DNA of 64,000 nucleotides from a virus (Duplodnaviria; Heunggongvirae; Uroviricota; Caudoviricetes): IMG/VR virus record IMGVR_UViG_3300037067_007156, positions 205,519 to 269,518 of that record; one strand, 5' to 3'. Shown piece by piece: positions 39,393 to 48,978 of this stretch (position 1 is its first letter; each line of letters starts with the position of its first letter). The notes under the pieces were generated by a model. It saw only the letters and a program-made list of their open reading frames with translations, ran no database searches and was not told where the DNA came from. The position numbers and the translations under genes were made by a program.

Positions 39393-40261
39393 TGAATATA
39401 GTTGATGTTCCAAGTAAATTTATAGTCAGAACTAATCACGAATACCCGCCTTATAATAATAAAATATTCGAGGAATATTTTTTAGATTTTTTTGTTAATA
39501 ACAACATAGAAAGTGAATATATTTATCTTCCTATTTTATGGACTAATTTATATATTAGTCGTAATTATGGTAATGCTGATATGAATGATATTCAAATGTA
39601 TTTAGATGGATTGGACAAAACAAAAAAATATTTTACTGTTATTCAATATGATGATGGTATTCTTCAAAATATAGATAATTTGAATATAATAGTGTTTGGA
39701 CAAGGTGGCGGTGGACAAAAAAAAGTACCTGATAAAAATTTAGGATACCCGATACCTTTAAATTGTATGGCAAATCCACATATAAACAAAAATAGAGAAC
39801 GAGATATATTTTGTAGCTTTGTTGGTGTAATTAATGGACGACATCCTATACGGGAAAAAATAAAATTATTTTTTGATAATGATTTCATGTTAAGAGAAAG
39901 AGTTGGATATGATATTTTCAAAGATGTATTAGAAAGAAGTGTTTTTTCTTTATGTCCAAGAGGTTATGGTGCTACATCTTTCAGAATATGTGAATCATTA
40001 CAACATGGTTCTATACCAGTATATATATACGATAAACCTTGGATACCTTGGAATGAAGAATTTGATTTTGAAAGTGTTGGTGTTTTAATTCCAGAAAATA
40101 AAATTGAAAATATTAAAACTATATTATCAGAATTATCTATAAATGACATTGAAATGTTAAGAAATAATGGTTGTTTAATATATAAAGAATATTTTGATTT
40201 TGAAGGTTGTGCTAAACAAATTATTAAAAAACTTAAAATATGGAAGAAGATTTTGACATAA
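39392..40261 (+). CDS. exostosin/GT47-like glycosyltransferase
   Basis: SVFSLCPRGYGATSFRICESLQHGSIPV. Confidence 0.85.
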   Translation: MNIVDVPSKFIVRTNHEYPPYNNKIFEEYFLDFFVNNNIESEYIYLPILWTNLYISRNYGNADMNDIQMYLDGLDKTKKYFTVIQYDDGILQNIDNLNIIVFGQGGGGQKKVPDKNLGYPIPLNCMANPHINKNRERDIFCSFVGVINGRHPIREKIKLFFDNDFMLRERVGYDIFKDVLERSVFSLCPRGYGATSFRICESLQHGSIPVYIYDKPWIPWNEEFDFESVGVLIPENKIENIKTILSELSINDIEMLRNNGCLIYKEYFDFEGCAKQIIKKLKIWKKILT

Positions 40262-40737
40262 TGATTGAAAAAATTCAAGATGCAAGAAGTCCTAAATTTT
40301 TTCTTTGGAATTTAATTAAAAATTTAAAATGGTATGCTTCTGAAGGAATTGCAGATTGGTTAGTCGGAAAAAAAGATGGTGATATTTATTTTGATTACGA
40401 TATAAAAAATCATACTTTATATTATAGTTTTGATAAAATATATCAAATTTTATCATCGAAATTTCATCTTAATGAATTGAAAGCTAATAATTTAATAAGA
40501 AGTATGGTACCTGAACATTTCAATTTGGAGGTTGATACATCCTATTATTTATTATCAAAAACTATTGAAAAGGTATCTGAACATTTCAATTTGGAGGTTG
40601 ATACATCAGTTGTTTCATTCCAGAAGCTATATTTTTCGGTATCTGAACATTTCAATTTGGAGGTTGATACATCATTGACAAATACTATTAACCCGAACAA
40701 TGGGTTATATGAATATTTCAATTTGAGAGTAATATAA
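40240..40737 (+). CDS. hypothetical protein with 22-aa C-terminal units (constant V.EHFNLEVDTS plus 10 variable aa)
   Basis: Open frame across the whole repeat array. Confidence 0.7.
   Translation: MEEDFDIMIEKIQDARSPKFFLWNLIKNLKWYASEGIADWLVGKKDGDIYFDYDIKNHTLYYSFDKIYQILSSKFHLNELKANNLIRSMVPEHFNLEVDTSYYLLSKTIEKVSEHFNLEVDTSVVSFQKLYFSVSEHFNLEVDTSLTNTINPNNGLYEYFNLRVI
40506..40725. repeat. CRISPR-like array: 36-bp direct repeats with unique 30-bp spacers, in frame within a CDS
   Basis: GGTATCTGAACATTTCAATTTGGAGGTTGATACATC at 40506 (1 mismatch), 40572 and 40638, plus a degenerate copy at 40704. The three spacers are unrelated. No cas genes in the window. Confidence 0.85.
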
Positions 40738-40765
40738 TATGATTATAATTTAATATAAAAAAATA

Positions 40766-41698
40766 ATGAAACTACTATACATCACAACCATTGACCCCAA
40801 ATCCCAAGGAGATTATCAAGAAGTAATGATTTTACATGGTCTTCGTACTATTTTAGGAGATAATTGTATTGATTACCCAAAGAAAAAAGTGATGTATAGA
40901 GATTTTTCTGTTTCACCACAACTTGAATTACATGGTCGTGGGTTTACTTTATATACTATGCCTATTGAAGAAATAGATAATTCATTAAGAGAAAATATAT
41001 CTGATATTGATTATATACTTTATGGTGTTACAAATGCTTATGGTATCACCGACTATCCTGAACTAAATAAATTAACACCTAATGTTTGGTATATTGATGG
41101 ACATGATAAATCTAATATTCAAAAAACACCATGTTTTAAAAGAGAATTATTTCATCAACAAGAAGGTGTTTTTCCAACAGGTTTTGGAATTCCTAAAAAT
41201 AAAATATTACCTTTTAATTTTAAAAATAAAACACAATTATATCAAAAAACCGTTCCACCATATGCTATTTTTAATCAACAAGTATTGGGATTAGATGCTC
41301 GTAAATTATATATTTTCGAAAATGAAAATGATTATTATGATGATATGACTAAATCTTGGTTTGGGTTATCATGTATGAAAGGAGGTTGGGATAGTTTAAG
41401 ACATTATGAAATAATGGCTGCTGGTTCTTTATTATTATTTAGGGATTATGATAAAAAACCCCAATTGTGTTCACCACAGAACCTACCGTGTTATTCTTAT
41501 TCATCGAAAGAAGAATTAAATCATTTTATGAACACATTAGTTATTGATGGAAAACCTACTGATGATTATTTAGAAATGTTATTTAAACAAAGAGATTGGT
41601 TATTAAAATATGGGACAACAGAAGCGAGAGCATTAGATATTTTAAAAATAATGATAAAAAATAACAAGAAAAATGAAATATTTATTAGTCATATCTGA
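40766..41698 (+). CDS. GT-B-like putative glycosyltransferase
   Basis: YYDDMTKSWFGLSCMKGGWDSLRHYEIMAAG. Confidence 0.7.
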   Translation: MKLLYITTIDPKSQGDYQEVMILHGLRTILGDNCIDYPKKKVMYRDFSVSPQLELHGRGFTLYTMPIEEIDNSLRENISDIDYILYGVTNAYGITDYPELNKLTPNVWYIDGHDKSNIQKTPCFKRELFHQQEGVFPTGFGIPKNKILPFNFKNKTQLYQKTVPPYAIFNQQVLGLDARKLYIFENENDYYDDMTKSWFGLSCMKGGWDSLRHYEIMAAGSLLLFRDYDKKPQLCSPQNLPCYSYSSKEELNHFMNTLVIDGKPTDDYLEMLFKQRDWLLKYGTTEARALDILKIMIKNNKKNEIFISHI

Positions 41699-42443
41699 TT
41701 ATAATGATTATAGACAAACACATTTTGAGACTTATCACTCACCAAGAAATAAAGCATACTGTGATTATCATGGGATTGAATATATTGAAATAAAAAATCT
41801 AAAAGATATACCAGAACCATGTCAAAAAAGAAAAGTGGTATGGCAACGTTTTTTTCTTATAAAACATTGGATTGATATTGGTTTTTTAAAAGATGGTGAT
41901 ATAATTTCACAGATTGATGCTGATATTTGTATAGTGAATTGTAATTATTCATTTGAACCACCAAAAGATAAAAGTTTTGCATATGCAATCGATTCTTGTA
42001 ATACTCATTGTATGGGTGCATTTACATTTAGAATAACCGAATGGACTAAACAAATGTTAAATAATTTATTAGATGAAGCTCGTTGGAATAAATATAAAGA
42101 TACACCATTTTGGCAAACATTTCAAGAACAAGCATGCTGGTATTCATTGGCTGGTATTAAAGACATTTTTGCTGACCCAACTCAAATAGGATGGAATAAA
42201 GTTGAACATCTTGGTTGGAATTCAACAACAAAAAATGACCCCATTTATTCATTGGAAGAATTATATAAAAATGTAGAAATTTTACCAGTGGAATGGAATG
42301 TTACTGATTGGGATGGATATAGTCCTTATTTTCGTTTTCCGACAAAAACAAAAAATAAAGAAGATGTAATATTTCGTCATTTTGCTGGTGGTACAAGTGT
42401 TAGATGGGATGAAAGCTGGACTAAAATTGAATTATTTAAATAA
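41673..42443 (+). CDS. GT34-like nucleotide-diphospho-sugar transferase
   Basis: YCDYHG.EY, the DxD motif QIDAD and EQA. Confidence 0.6.
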   Translation: MKYLLVISDYNDYRQTHFETYHSPRNKAYCDYHGIEYIEIKNLKDIPEPCQKRKVVWQRFFLIKHWIDIGFLKDGDIISQIDADICIVNCNYSFEPPKDKSFAYAIDSCNTHCMGAFTFRITEWTKQMLNNLLDEARWNKYKDTPFWQTFQEQACWYSLAGIKDIFADPTQIGWNKVEHLGWNSTTKNDPIYSLEELYKNVEILPVEWNVTDWDGYSPYFRFPTKTKNKEDVIFRHFAGGTSVRWDESWTKIELFK

Positions 42444-42447
42444 AATT

Positions 42448-43023
42448 ATGAATATTTTTATTGATTGTGGAAGTAATTTGGGGCAAGGATTTGAAATAAT
42501 TTCAAAAGAATTGAATATTAATTCAAATTGGAATGTTTTTATGATTGAACCCAATCCTAAATGTGTTGATATTTTAAAAAATAAATACAATACATACAAT
42601 TTCATCACAATAATTGATAAAGCAATTTGGATTAATAATGAAAAAAGACTTTTGAATGTAGAATATTGTCCAGAACATAATGATTGGGTCGGTGGTGCTA
42701 CAAATATTATATTACAAAATAAATATATCAAACCAAAATATATAAAAGATGAATATTTAAAATCAGGTTCTTACGTTGAATGTATCGATTTTAGTGAATT
42801 TGTAATGTCAAATTTCAAAAAAGAAGATAATATATGTATTAAATTCGACATAGAGGGAGCTGAATTTGATGTGTTAGATAAAATGATAAACGATAAAACT
42901 ATTGATTATGTCAATACATTTTATGTTGAATGGCACAATCATTTAATTCCAAATAAAAAATCACAAGATTATTATATTGATATTTTTAAAAATAAAAATA
43001 TTGATTATCATATATGGTATTAA
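42448..43023 (+). CDS. FkbM-like methyltransferase
   Basis: IFIDCGSNLG, IEPNP, KFDIEGAEF and VEWH. ATG at 42448. Confidence 0.85.
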   Translation: MNIFIDCGSNLGQGFEIISKELNINSNWNVFMIEPNPKCVDILKNKYNTYNFITIIDKAIWINNEKRLLNVEYCPEHNDWVGGATNIILQNKYIKPKYIKDEYLKSGSYVECIDFSEFVMSNFKKEDNICIKFDIEGAEFDVLDKMINDKTIDYVNTFYVEWHNHLIPNKKSQDYYIDIFKNKNIDYHIWY

Positions 43024-43033
43024 AATAAAAAAT

Positions 43034-43798
43034 ATGAAAATAGAAAATATAACAATATCCTTACACACAGGATTAAAAGATAAGATGGAAAAACAAGTTG
43101 AGTTGTTAAAACCATTGAATGATAAAATAGATATACATTGGAATAATCGATATGACAGACATCCAACTGCATATAGTTCTTATTCAGAAATGGTGAATGA
43201 AGCAGTTTGTACTTCACCGACTGAATTTATAATTTTAATGAATGACCGGGTTGTACCTTCACCAGAAGAAGTGTTAGAATTAGTAAAGTTATTAGAAGAT
43301 GGATTTGCTATATCTACCCGTTATTCCGTTGGTTTCATGGGTGTTTCTAAAGAAGTTTTTAGAACTGTTGGTTGGTGGGATGAACGATATTTAGGTGGTG
43401 GTTTTGAAGATGATGATTACGTTCTGAGATTAAGAATGGCAAATTTAGCATATTATGAATCATCATTGGGTATTTATGATAAGAGTTTTAAAACATCTAT
43501 TAGAATACAAGGTGGTGATGCATGTAGATTATCAGCACCACATTTTTATAGGAAATGGAGAATTGGTGCAAATGAAATTGTTAGAGTTATTCCAGAAGAA
43601 AAATATGAAAAGTGGAATATAATGATAGGTGAACATAGTGATGAAGTTAGTAATAATTGGATGAAATGGAATAACTCTATATTGGGAATTGGTTCACCAC
43701 CATTCGGGAAACCAACAGAAACACAAGGTGAATCAAGGTCATATTGGTTTATGAATTACGAAACTGGTGAAGAATTTAAAACAATACGAAGTTCATAA
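43034..43798 (+). CDS. GT2-like glycosyltransferase
   Basis: ILMNDR and VGWWDERYLGGGFEDDDY. Confidence 0.7.
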   Translation: MKIENITISLHTGLKDKMEKQVELLKPLNDKIDIHWNNRYDRHPTAYSSYSEMVNEAVCTSPTEFIILMNDRVVPSPEEVLELVKLLEDGFAISTRYSVGFMGVSKEVFRTVGWWDERYLGGGFEDDDYVLRLRMANLAYYESSLGIYDKSFKTSIRIQGGDACRLSAPHFYRKWRIGANEIVRVIPEEKYEKWNIMIGEHSDEVSNNWMKWNNSILGIGSPPFGKPTETQGESRSYWFMNYETGEEFKTIRSS

Positions 43799-43863
43799 TA
43801 ATTTTAAAAAAAATTAAACTTTTTGTTCAGAACCTTATATATCATAAAAAGGTAACTGCAACA

Positions 43864-44940
43864 ATGAGAATATTAACATTATTAGGTACACGTCCTGAAA
43901 TAATCAGGCTTTCTGTTATTATTAAAAAATTAAATAACATTCTTGGTGAAAATCATATTGTTGTTTATTCAAACCAAAATTTTGACTATCAATTAAGTAA
44001 AGTTTTCTTTGATGAATTAAATATACTTTCACCAAAATATTATTTTGATGATTTAGAAGCTAAATCAGTTGGTGAGTTTTTATCTAAAGGCATCGAAAAA
44101 TTTGAATTAATTCTTAATCAGGAAAATCCAGATAAGATATTGATATTGGGTGATACGAATTCTGGTTTACTTGCAATGTTGGCTGCTAAACGTGGTATAC
44201 CAGTTTATCATATGGAAGCGGGTAATCGTTCTTTTGATAGCAGAGTACCTGAAGAAACCAATCGAAAAATTATAGATTCTTTTTCAAAAGTAAACCTTCC
44301 TTATACTGAAAATAGTAAACAGAATCTTTTATTTGAAAGATATCATAAAAATTTCGTGTTCAAAATTGGAAATCCAATTTATGAAGTATTAAATGAATAT
44401 CAGGATGGAATTCGAGATAGTGTGATTATTGATAAATTAAAATTAAACTATAATGAGTATGTATTAGTCACGGCTCATAGAAGTGAGAATGTAGATAATA
44501 ATGAAAATTTAGTTGAGCTTTATAATTTCTTAAATGAAATAGCCAAGGTCAGAAAGGTTGTGTTTTCAGTTCATCCAAGAACTAAATCAAAATTAAATCA
44601 TTTAGATTTGAAATTTGATGAAAATATAATCCTTTCTGAACCTTTTGGATTTTTTGATTTTGTTAAGTTAGAAAAGAACGCTTTCTGTGTTATTAGTGAT
44701 TCGGGTACCGTGCAAGAGGAAAGTCAAATTTTTAAAGTACCAACCATCACAATAAGAAATACCACAGAAAGACAAGAAACTATTGAAAATGGTTCAACTA
44801 TTTTAACAGGTATGAATTATAAAAAAATGATTGATGCTTATAATACAATTAAATATATGGGTAATAATTGGCCTGATATAGACGATTATACAGTAGAAAA
44901 TGTTTCTGATAGAGTAATAAAAATATTATTTAGTCGATAA
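43864..44940 (+). CDS. wecB: non-hydrolysing UDP-N-acetylhexosamine 2-epimerase (WecB/FnlC type)
   Basis: GTRPEIIRL, LGDTNS, HMEAGNRS, PEE.NR and SDSGTVQEE. Confidence 0.92.
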   Translation: MRILTLLGTRPEIIRLSVIIKKLNNILGENHIVVYSNQNFDYQLSKVFFDELNILSPKYYFDDLEAKSVGEFLSKGIEKFELILNQENPDKILILGDTNSGLLAMLAAKRGIPVYHMEAGNRSFDSRVPEETNRKIIDSFSKVNLPYTENSKQNLLFERYHKNFVFKIGNPIYEVLNEYQDGIRDSVIIDKLKLNYNEYVLVTAHRSENVDNNENLVELYNFLNEIAKVRKVVFSVHPRTKSKLNHLDLKFDENIILSEPFGFFDFVKLEKNAFCVISDSGTVQEESQIFKVPTITIRNTTERQETIENGSTILTGMNYKKMIDAYNTIKYMGNNWPDIDDYTVENVSDRVIKILFSR

Positions 44941-45101
44941 TGGAAGATATAGAAAGTGTTTTTTCAGAATTAACAGAAGACCAACAGTGGTATATAACTG
45001 TGTTTAATCGTTCATTAGATGAAATGGTTACTGAACAGATTATAACACCAACTCAAAGTAATCAGATGAGGGATTATATTTTAAAAAAGATGTTAAAATA
45101 A
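44940..45101 (+). CDS. small hypothetical protein (53 aa, not in track)
   Basis: TAATG-coupled ORF MEDIESVFSELTEDQQW... Confidence 0.55.
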   Translation: MEDIESVFSELTEDQQWYITVFNRSLDEMVTEQIITPTQSNQMRDYILKKMLK

Positions 45102-45136
45102 TTAATACAATTTATTAGAATGATTAAAATTTTATA

Positions 45137-45385
45137 ATGCAACATTTACAAATTTTTCAAAAAGTTAAAACACCGGATGGTTTAGGTACTATAATAAATA
45201 TAAGTTGTCCATTTAATGGTTTGTATTATGAACCAGAAAAAACAAAATGTGTTGTTTGGTATGGTGTCAATAATTCACAAAATGGGTGGTCAGTTCAAGA
45301 ATATATTTATGATGATATATTAAAATTAAACAATTTTCGAAAAGAAAAACTTGATGAAATTTTTAAAGATGATTTTCAAAAATAA
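45137..45385 (+). CDS. small hypothetical protein with C-terminal RKEKLDEI motif
   Basis: ORF in track; motif shared with neighbouring genes. Confidence 0.7.
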   Translation: MQHLQIFQKVKTPDGLGTIINISCPFNGLYYEPEKTKCVVWYGVNNSQNGWSVQEYIYDDILKLNNFRKEKLDEIFKDDFQK

Positions 45386-45395
45386 AAATATTTTT

Positions 45396-45890
45396 ATGGA
45401 TAAAATGATTAGTGCTCAATTAGTTGGAATAGAAAGTAATAATAGTTTTAATTTCAAAAATTCTTTACAAGAATCCATAGATGATATAGAAGAAAGATTA
45501 CAAAAATTAGAAAATCCAACGAAATCAAGAAAAGAAAAAATAGAAGAAATATTTGATTTTGGAAAAAATAATAATACAAATATGTTAGATTATTTAAAAG
45601 AAGAAATTATAAGGGTGTCTGATAAAAATTTCAAACGTACTGACCCGCATGGTATGATTAACCATCTGAAATTGGAAGTTCAAGAACTTGCCGAAGCAAT
45701 AGGAAAAGAGAACGAGGAAGAAGAATGGGCTGATTGTATACTTCTTCTTTTGGATGCTTTTAGGGTTCGTTATGGTAATGATGTATCATTCAATAAACTA
45801 TTACATTTTGCTTTAAATAAATTAGAAAAAGTTGATAAAAGAGAGTGGAGTGAACATCCAGATGAAAATGGAATTTTCCATAAAAAATAA
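45396..45890 (+). CDS. DUF550/MazG-like (d)NTP pyrophosphohydrolase with N-terminal extension
   Basis: HLKLEVQEL...EEWADCILLLLDA...KLEK...REW. Confidence 0.7.
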   Translation: MDKMISAQLVGIESNNSFNFKNSLQESIDDIEERLQKLENPTKSRKEKIEEIFDFGKNNNTNMLDYLKEEIIRVSDKNFKRTDPHGMINHLKLEVQELAEAIGKENEEEEWADCILLLLDAFRVRYGNDVSFNKLLHFALNKLEKVDKREWSEHPDENGIFHKK

Positions 45891-45900
45891 AATAATTCAT

Positions 45901-46161
45901 ATGTCAGATTTTCCAGATAATATTACAAATCCATTTGGTGATTTACAAGAATCAGTGTTTATAAGTCCGGGTATAAATATTCGAGAAGGTGGTTATGATT
46001 ATTATAAACCAAACTATGTTGATATGTTAACATTCGAAACTATCGTTAATGAATTGAAAAATGAGATTGATGAGTTAAAAGTCAATATTGAGAAATTGAA
46101 AAATCCAGAAATTTCCAAAATGAGAAAAGATAAAATAGAAAAAATATTCACTGAAGAATAA
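45901..46161 (+). CDS. small coiled-coil protein with C-terminal RKDKIEKI motif
   Basis: ATG at 45901. Confidence 0.65.
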   Translation: MSDFPDNITNPFGDLQESVFISPGINIREGGYDYYKPNYVDMLTFETIVNELKNEIDELKVNIEKLKNPEISKMRKDKIEKIFTEE

Positions 46162-46164
46162 GAT

Positions 46165-46332
46165 ATGAAAGAAAATGTTTATAGATATAGTGCAACTTCA
46201 TATACCATTGAATATGTTGAAGATTTGAGAGCTAAGATTGCACAATTAGAAGAACGTGTTGAATTTTTAGAAAATGAGTCAAAAAAATTAAATGAAATAA
46301 GAAAACGTAAGATAGAAGAAATATTTTTTTAA
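46165..46332 (+). CDS. small coiled-coil protein with C-terminal RKRKIEEI motif (55 aa, not in track)
   Basis: MKENVYRY...IRKRKIEEIFF*. Confidence 0.65.
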   Translation: MKENVYRYSATSYTIEYVEDLRAKIAQLEERVEFLENESKKLNEIRKRKIEEIFF

Positions 46333-46362
46333 ATAGAACCAATAAAAATTACTATATAAAAA

Positions 46363-46515
46363 ATGAATGAATTATTGTTTGTCGATGGTGATAAGTGTGA
46401 GTGTGATTTTTGTGATAAAAAGGAAAAATGTGCTCATATAGATTGGATGAATAGGTGTGTATTTGTGATTTGTAAAAGATGTTTAGAAAAATTCTCAAAA
46501 GAAATTAAAAAATAA
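46363..46515 (+). CDS. small zinc-finger protein (50 aa, not in track)
   Basis: CDFC...CKRC. Confidence 0.6.
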   Translation: MNELLFVDGDKCECDFCDKKEKCAHIDWMNRCVFVICKRCLEKFSKEIKK

Positions 46516-46524
46516 TAATATTAA

Positions 46525-47226
46525 ATGATAAATTCTTATTCTGAATATTTAAATTTAATTAAAGAAGGTTTAATAAAAACTTATAATATTGAAAAATATA
46601 GTGGTACGTTAGATATTGAATTTAATGCAATTGGAATAAAATTCGAATTAGATATAAAAAGTAAGTTTAAATTTGATTTAAGAATTCTAAATCCTAATAA
46701 ATTAAATCAAAATCAATTAGATATGATTATTACAATATGTAATAATCTTGGATATTATCCATCATTTATTTATATTACAAATGAAAAAGGAAAGATAAAT
46801 TCTTTTATATATGATAAAAATTTTTTAAGCAATAAATATTTTTATTTAAAATTAACATTTGAAGCTAAATATGAAGATGGTTTATATAAAAATGATTTAA
46901 AGATACCTGAACAGGCATATCATTTGACTAAACAAAAATATAAAGAAAAAATATTATATAATGGTTTGTATCCTAAATCTTATAACAGAAAAACAAAACA
47001 TCCAGATAGAATTTATTTATTTTATGATTTAAATGATTATATAGATTTATTAAATGGTTTAAAAATAAATGATTCATTTAAATTAGAAAATAATGAATAT
47101 ATTTTATTAGAAGTAAAATTAAATGATAAGATGATAATACACACCGACCCAAATTATGATAAGGGATTTTTTACTTATGATAATATAACTCCTAAATGTA
47201 TAAAAGTTATAAAAGAAAATCTGTAA
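46525..47226 (+). CDS. Tpt1/KptA-like ART-fold protein with leader (paralog 1)
   Basis: AYHLT...ILYNGLYPK...RIYLF...LLEV...DPNY...FTYDNITP. Leader ...LIKEG. Confidence 0.7.
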   Translation: MINSYSEYLNLIKEGLIKTYNIEKYSGTLDIEFNAIGIKFELDIKSKFKFDLRILNPNKLNQNQLDMIITICNNLGYYPSFIYITNEKGKINSFIYDKNFLSNKYFYLKLTFEAKYEDGLYKNDLKIPEQAYHLTKQKYKEKILYNGLYPKSYNRKTKHPDRIYLFYDLNDYIDLLNGLKINDSFKLENNEYILLEVKLNDKMIIHTDPNYDKGFFTYDNITPKCIKVIKENL

Positions 47227-47230
47227 AAAA

Positions 47231-47932
47231 ATGTATACATATAAAAAATATTTATCATTAATAAGAGAAGGTTTAATAATTACTCATAATATTCAATTAT
47301 ATAAATCGTCATTAGAGATAGAATTAAATTCATTAAATATTGAATATAATATTGATATTATTTCAAAATATCAATTTGATTTAGAAATATTAAATTCAAT
47401 TGATGTTAAAAATGATACATTAATACATGTAGTCGAGTGGATAACACATTTGTTTGGTTATTATCCTTCTTATGTATGGTTAGAAAATAAATTAGGAAAG
47501 AAAAATTATTTTAAATACAACGAAAAATATGTATCAAATAGTTATGCTAAAATAAAAATAAGATTTGAAGCTAAATATAATGATAAATCTTATAAAAATG
47601 ATATAGTTGTTCCAAATATGGCGTATCATTTAACACCACAAAAAAATAAAGAAAATATTTTAAGAAATGGTTTAATACCAAAAAGAAAAAATAGAAAATC
47701 AACACATCCAGATAGAATTTATTTTTTTTACAATTTAAATAATTATAATATTTTATTAGACTCTTTAAAGCAAAGTGACTATATGAATGGGGATGTTTTT
47801 GATTATTTATTATTAGAAGTAAAATTATCGGAAGATAATATTATACATACAAACCCTAATTATATAAACGGGGTTTTCACATATGATAATATAAACCCTA
47901 AAAATATAAAAATTCTGCAAGAGAATTTATAA
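47231..47932 (+). CDS. Tpt1/KptA-like ART-fold protein with leader (paralog 2)
   Basis: Same motifs. Leader ...LIREG. Confidence 0.7.
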   Translation: MYTYKKYLSLIREGLIITHNIQLYKSSLEIELNSLNIEYNIDIISKYQFDLEILNSIDVKNDTLIHVVEWITHLFGYYPSYVWLENKLGKKNYFKYNEKYVSNSYAKIKIRFEAKYNDKSYKNDIVVPNMAYHLTPQKNKENILRNGLIPKRKNRKSTHPDRIYFFYNLNNYNILLDSLKQSDYMNGDVFDYLLLEVKLSEDNIIHTNPNYINGVFTYDNINPKNIKILQENL

Positions 47933-47949
47933 AAAATAATTAAGCAATA

Positions 47950-48963
47950 ATGAATGAAGATTTATTTTCTGGAAAAAAAATCCTAATAAGCGGTGGTTCA
48001 GGTAGTTGGGGAAACGAACTAACAAAACAAATATTAGAACAAGAACCGGAAGAAATTATAATATATTCCAGAGGTGAACTTGCCCAAGTGAATATGGAAC
48101 GAAAGTTTCGTAATCCAAAAGTAAAATATGTTATTGGTGATGTTAGAGATTATGAAACATTGAGACGTTCAATGAAAGGTGTCGATTATGTTTTTGCCCT
48201 ATCTGCATTGAAACACGTTCCAGTTTGTGAGAATCAACCTCAAGAAGCTATAAAAACAAATATTGATGGAACTACGAACACAATTCATGCTGCCATTGAA
48301 AATGGTGTTAAACATGTTATTGATGTTAGTACAGATAAATCATGTTTACCTATAAATTTATATGGTATGACAAAAGCTATCGGTGAAAAACTTATTATAC
48401 AAGCAAATAATTTATCATCAACTACTAAATTTTCTTGTGTACGTGGTGGAAATGTTTTGGGTTCAAATGGAAGTGTTGTTCCATATTTTATTGACCAAAT
48501 TAAAAAATTTAATAAAGTGACTATCACCGATAGTAGAATGACCAGATATTTTCTCACTTTATCTGATGCCATCCAACTTTTATTTAAAGCGACCAAACAT
48601 TCAATAGGTGGTGAAACTTTTGTTATGAATATGCCATCTTTTTTTATTAAAGATTTAGCTGAAGTATTAATCGATTATTATGGAAATGATACAACTCAAA
48701 TAGAAGAAATTGGTATAAGGGAAGGTGAAAAACTACATGAAATGTTAGTGTCGGAACATGAATCACCAAATACTTATGAATTTGATGATGATTATTATTC
48801 TATATTACCTACAATTAAAATAGATACAATGAATTCTATTTTAACTTATTATAAATTTAAAAATATAGAAAAAGTAAATTTTAAACAATTTACATCTCAA
48901 GACAACTTAAAAGGTAAGAGAATTTTAAAAGATTTTTTAGCAACGGGTGGTTTTTTACGATAA
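47950..48963 (+). CDS. UDP-GlcNAc 4,6-dehydratase (FnlA/PseB/CapD family)
   Basis: GGSGSWG, GDVRD, ALKHVP, STDK, YGMTK, GNVLGS.GSV and R.GEKLHE. Confidence 0.92.
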   Translation: MNEDLFSGKKILISGGSGSWGNELTKQILEQEPEEIIIYSRGELAQVNMERKFRNPKVKYVIGDVRDYETLRRSMKGVDYVFALSALKHVPVCENQPQEAIKTNIDGTTNTIHAAIENGVKHVIDVSTDKSCLPINLYGMTKAIGEKLIIQANNLSSTTKFSCVRGGNVLGSNGSVVPYFIDQIKKFNKVTITDSRMTRYFLTLSDAIQLLFKATKHSIGGETFVMNMPSFFIKDLAEVLIDYYGNDTTQIEEIGIREGEKLHEMLVSEHESPNTYEFDDDYYSILPTIKIDTMNSILTYYKFKNIEKVNFKQFTSQDNLKGKRILKDFLATGGFLR

Positions 48964-48978
48964 AAATAATATAAAAAG

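Noticed and set aside
40506-40725. Confident call as a functional CRISPR array or a DGR variable region
   Set aside because: There are no cas or RT genes in the window, no AT-rich non-coding leader, and I do not recognise the repeat family. The spacers share no invariant non-A positions. Reported as an open finding instead.
27996-44940. DNA hypermodification or classic serotype-conversion role for the GT island
   Set aside because: No hydroxymethylase, TET/JBP or aGPT genes and no GtrABC-like membrane components were seen. Not excluded, but less supported than protein glycosylation.
45396-45890. 2-aminoadenine (Z) genome
   Set aside because: No purZ or datZ in the window; a DUF550-like gene alone is not enough.
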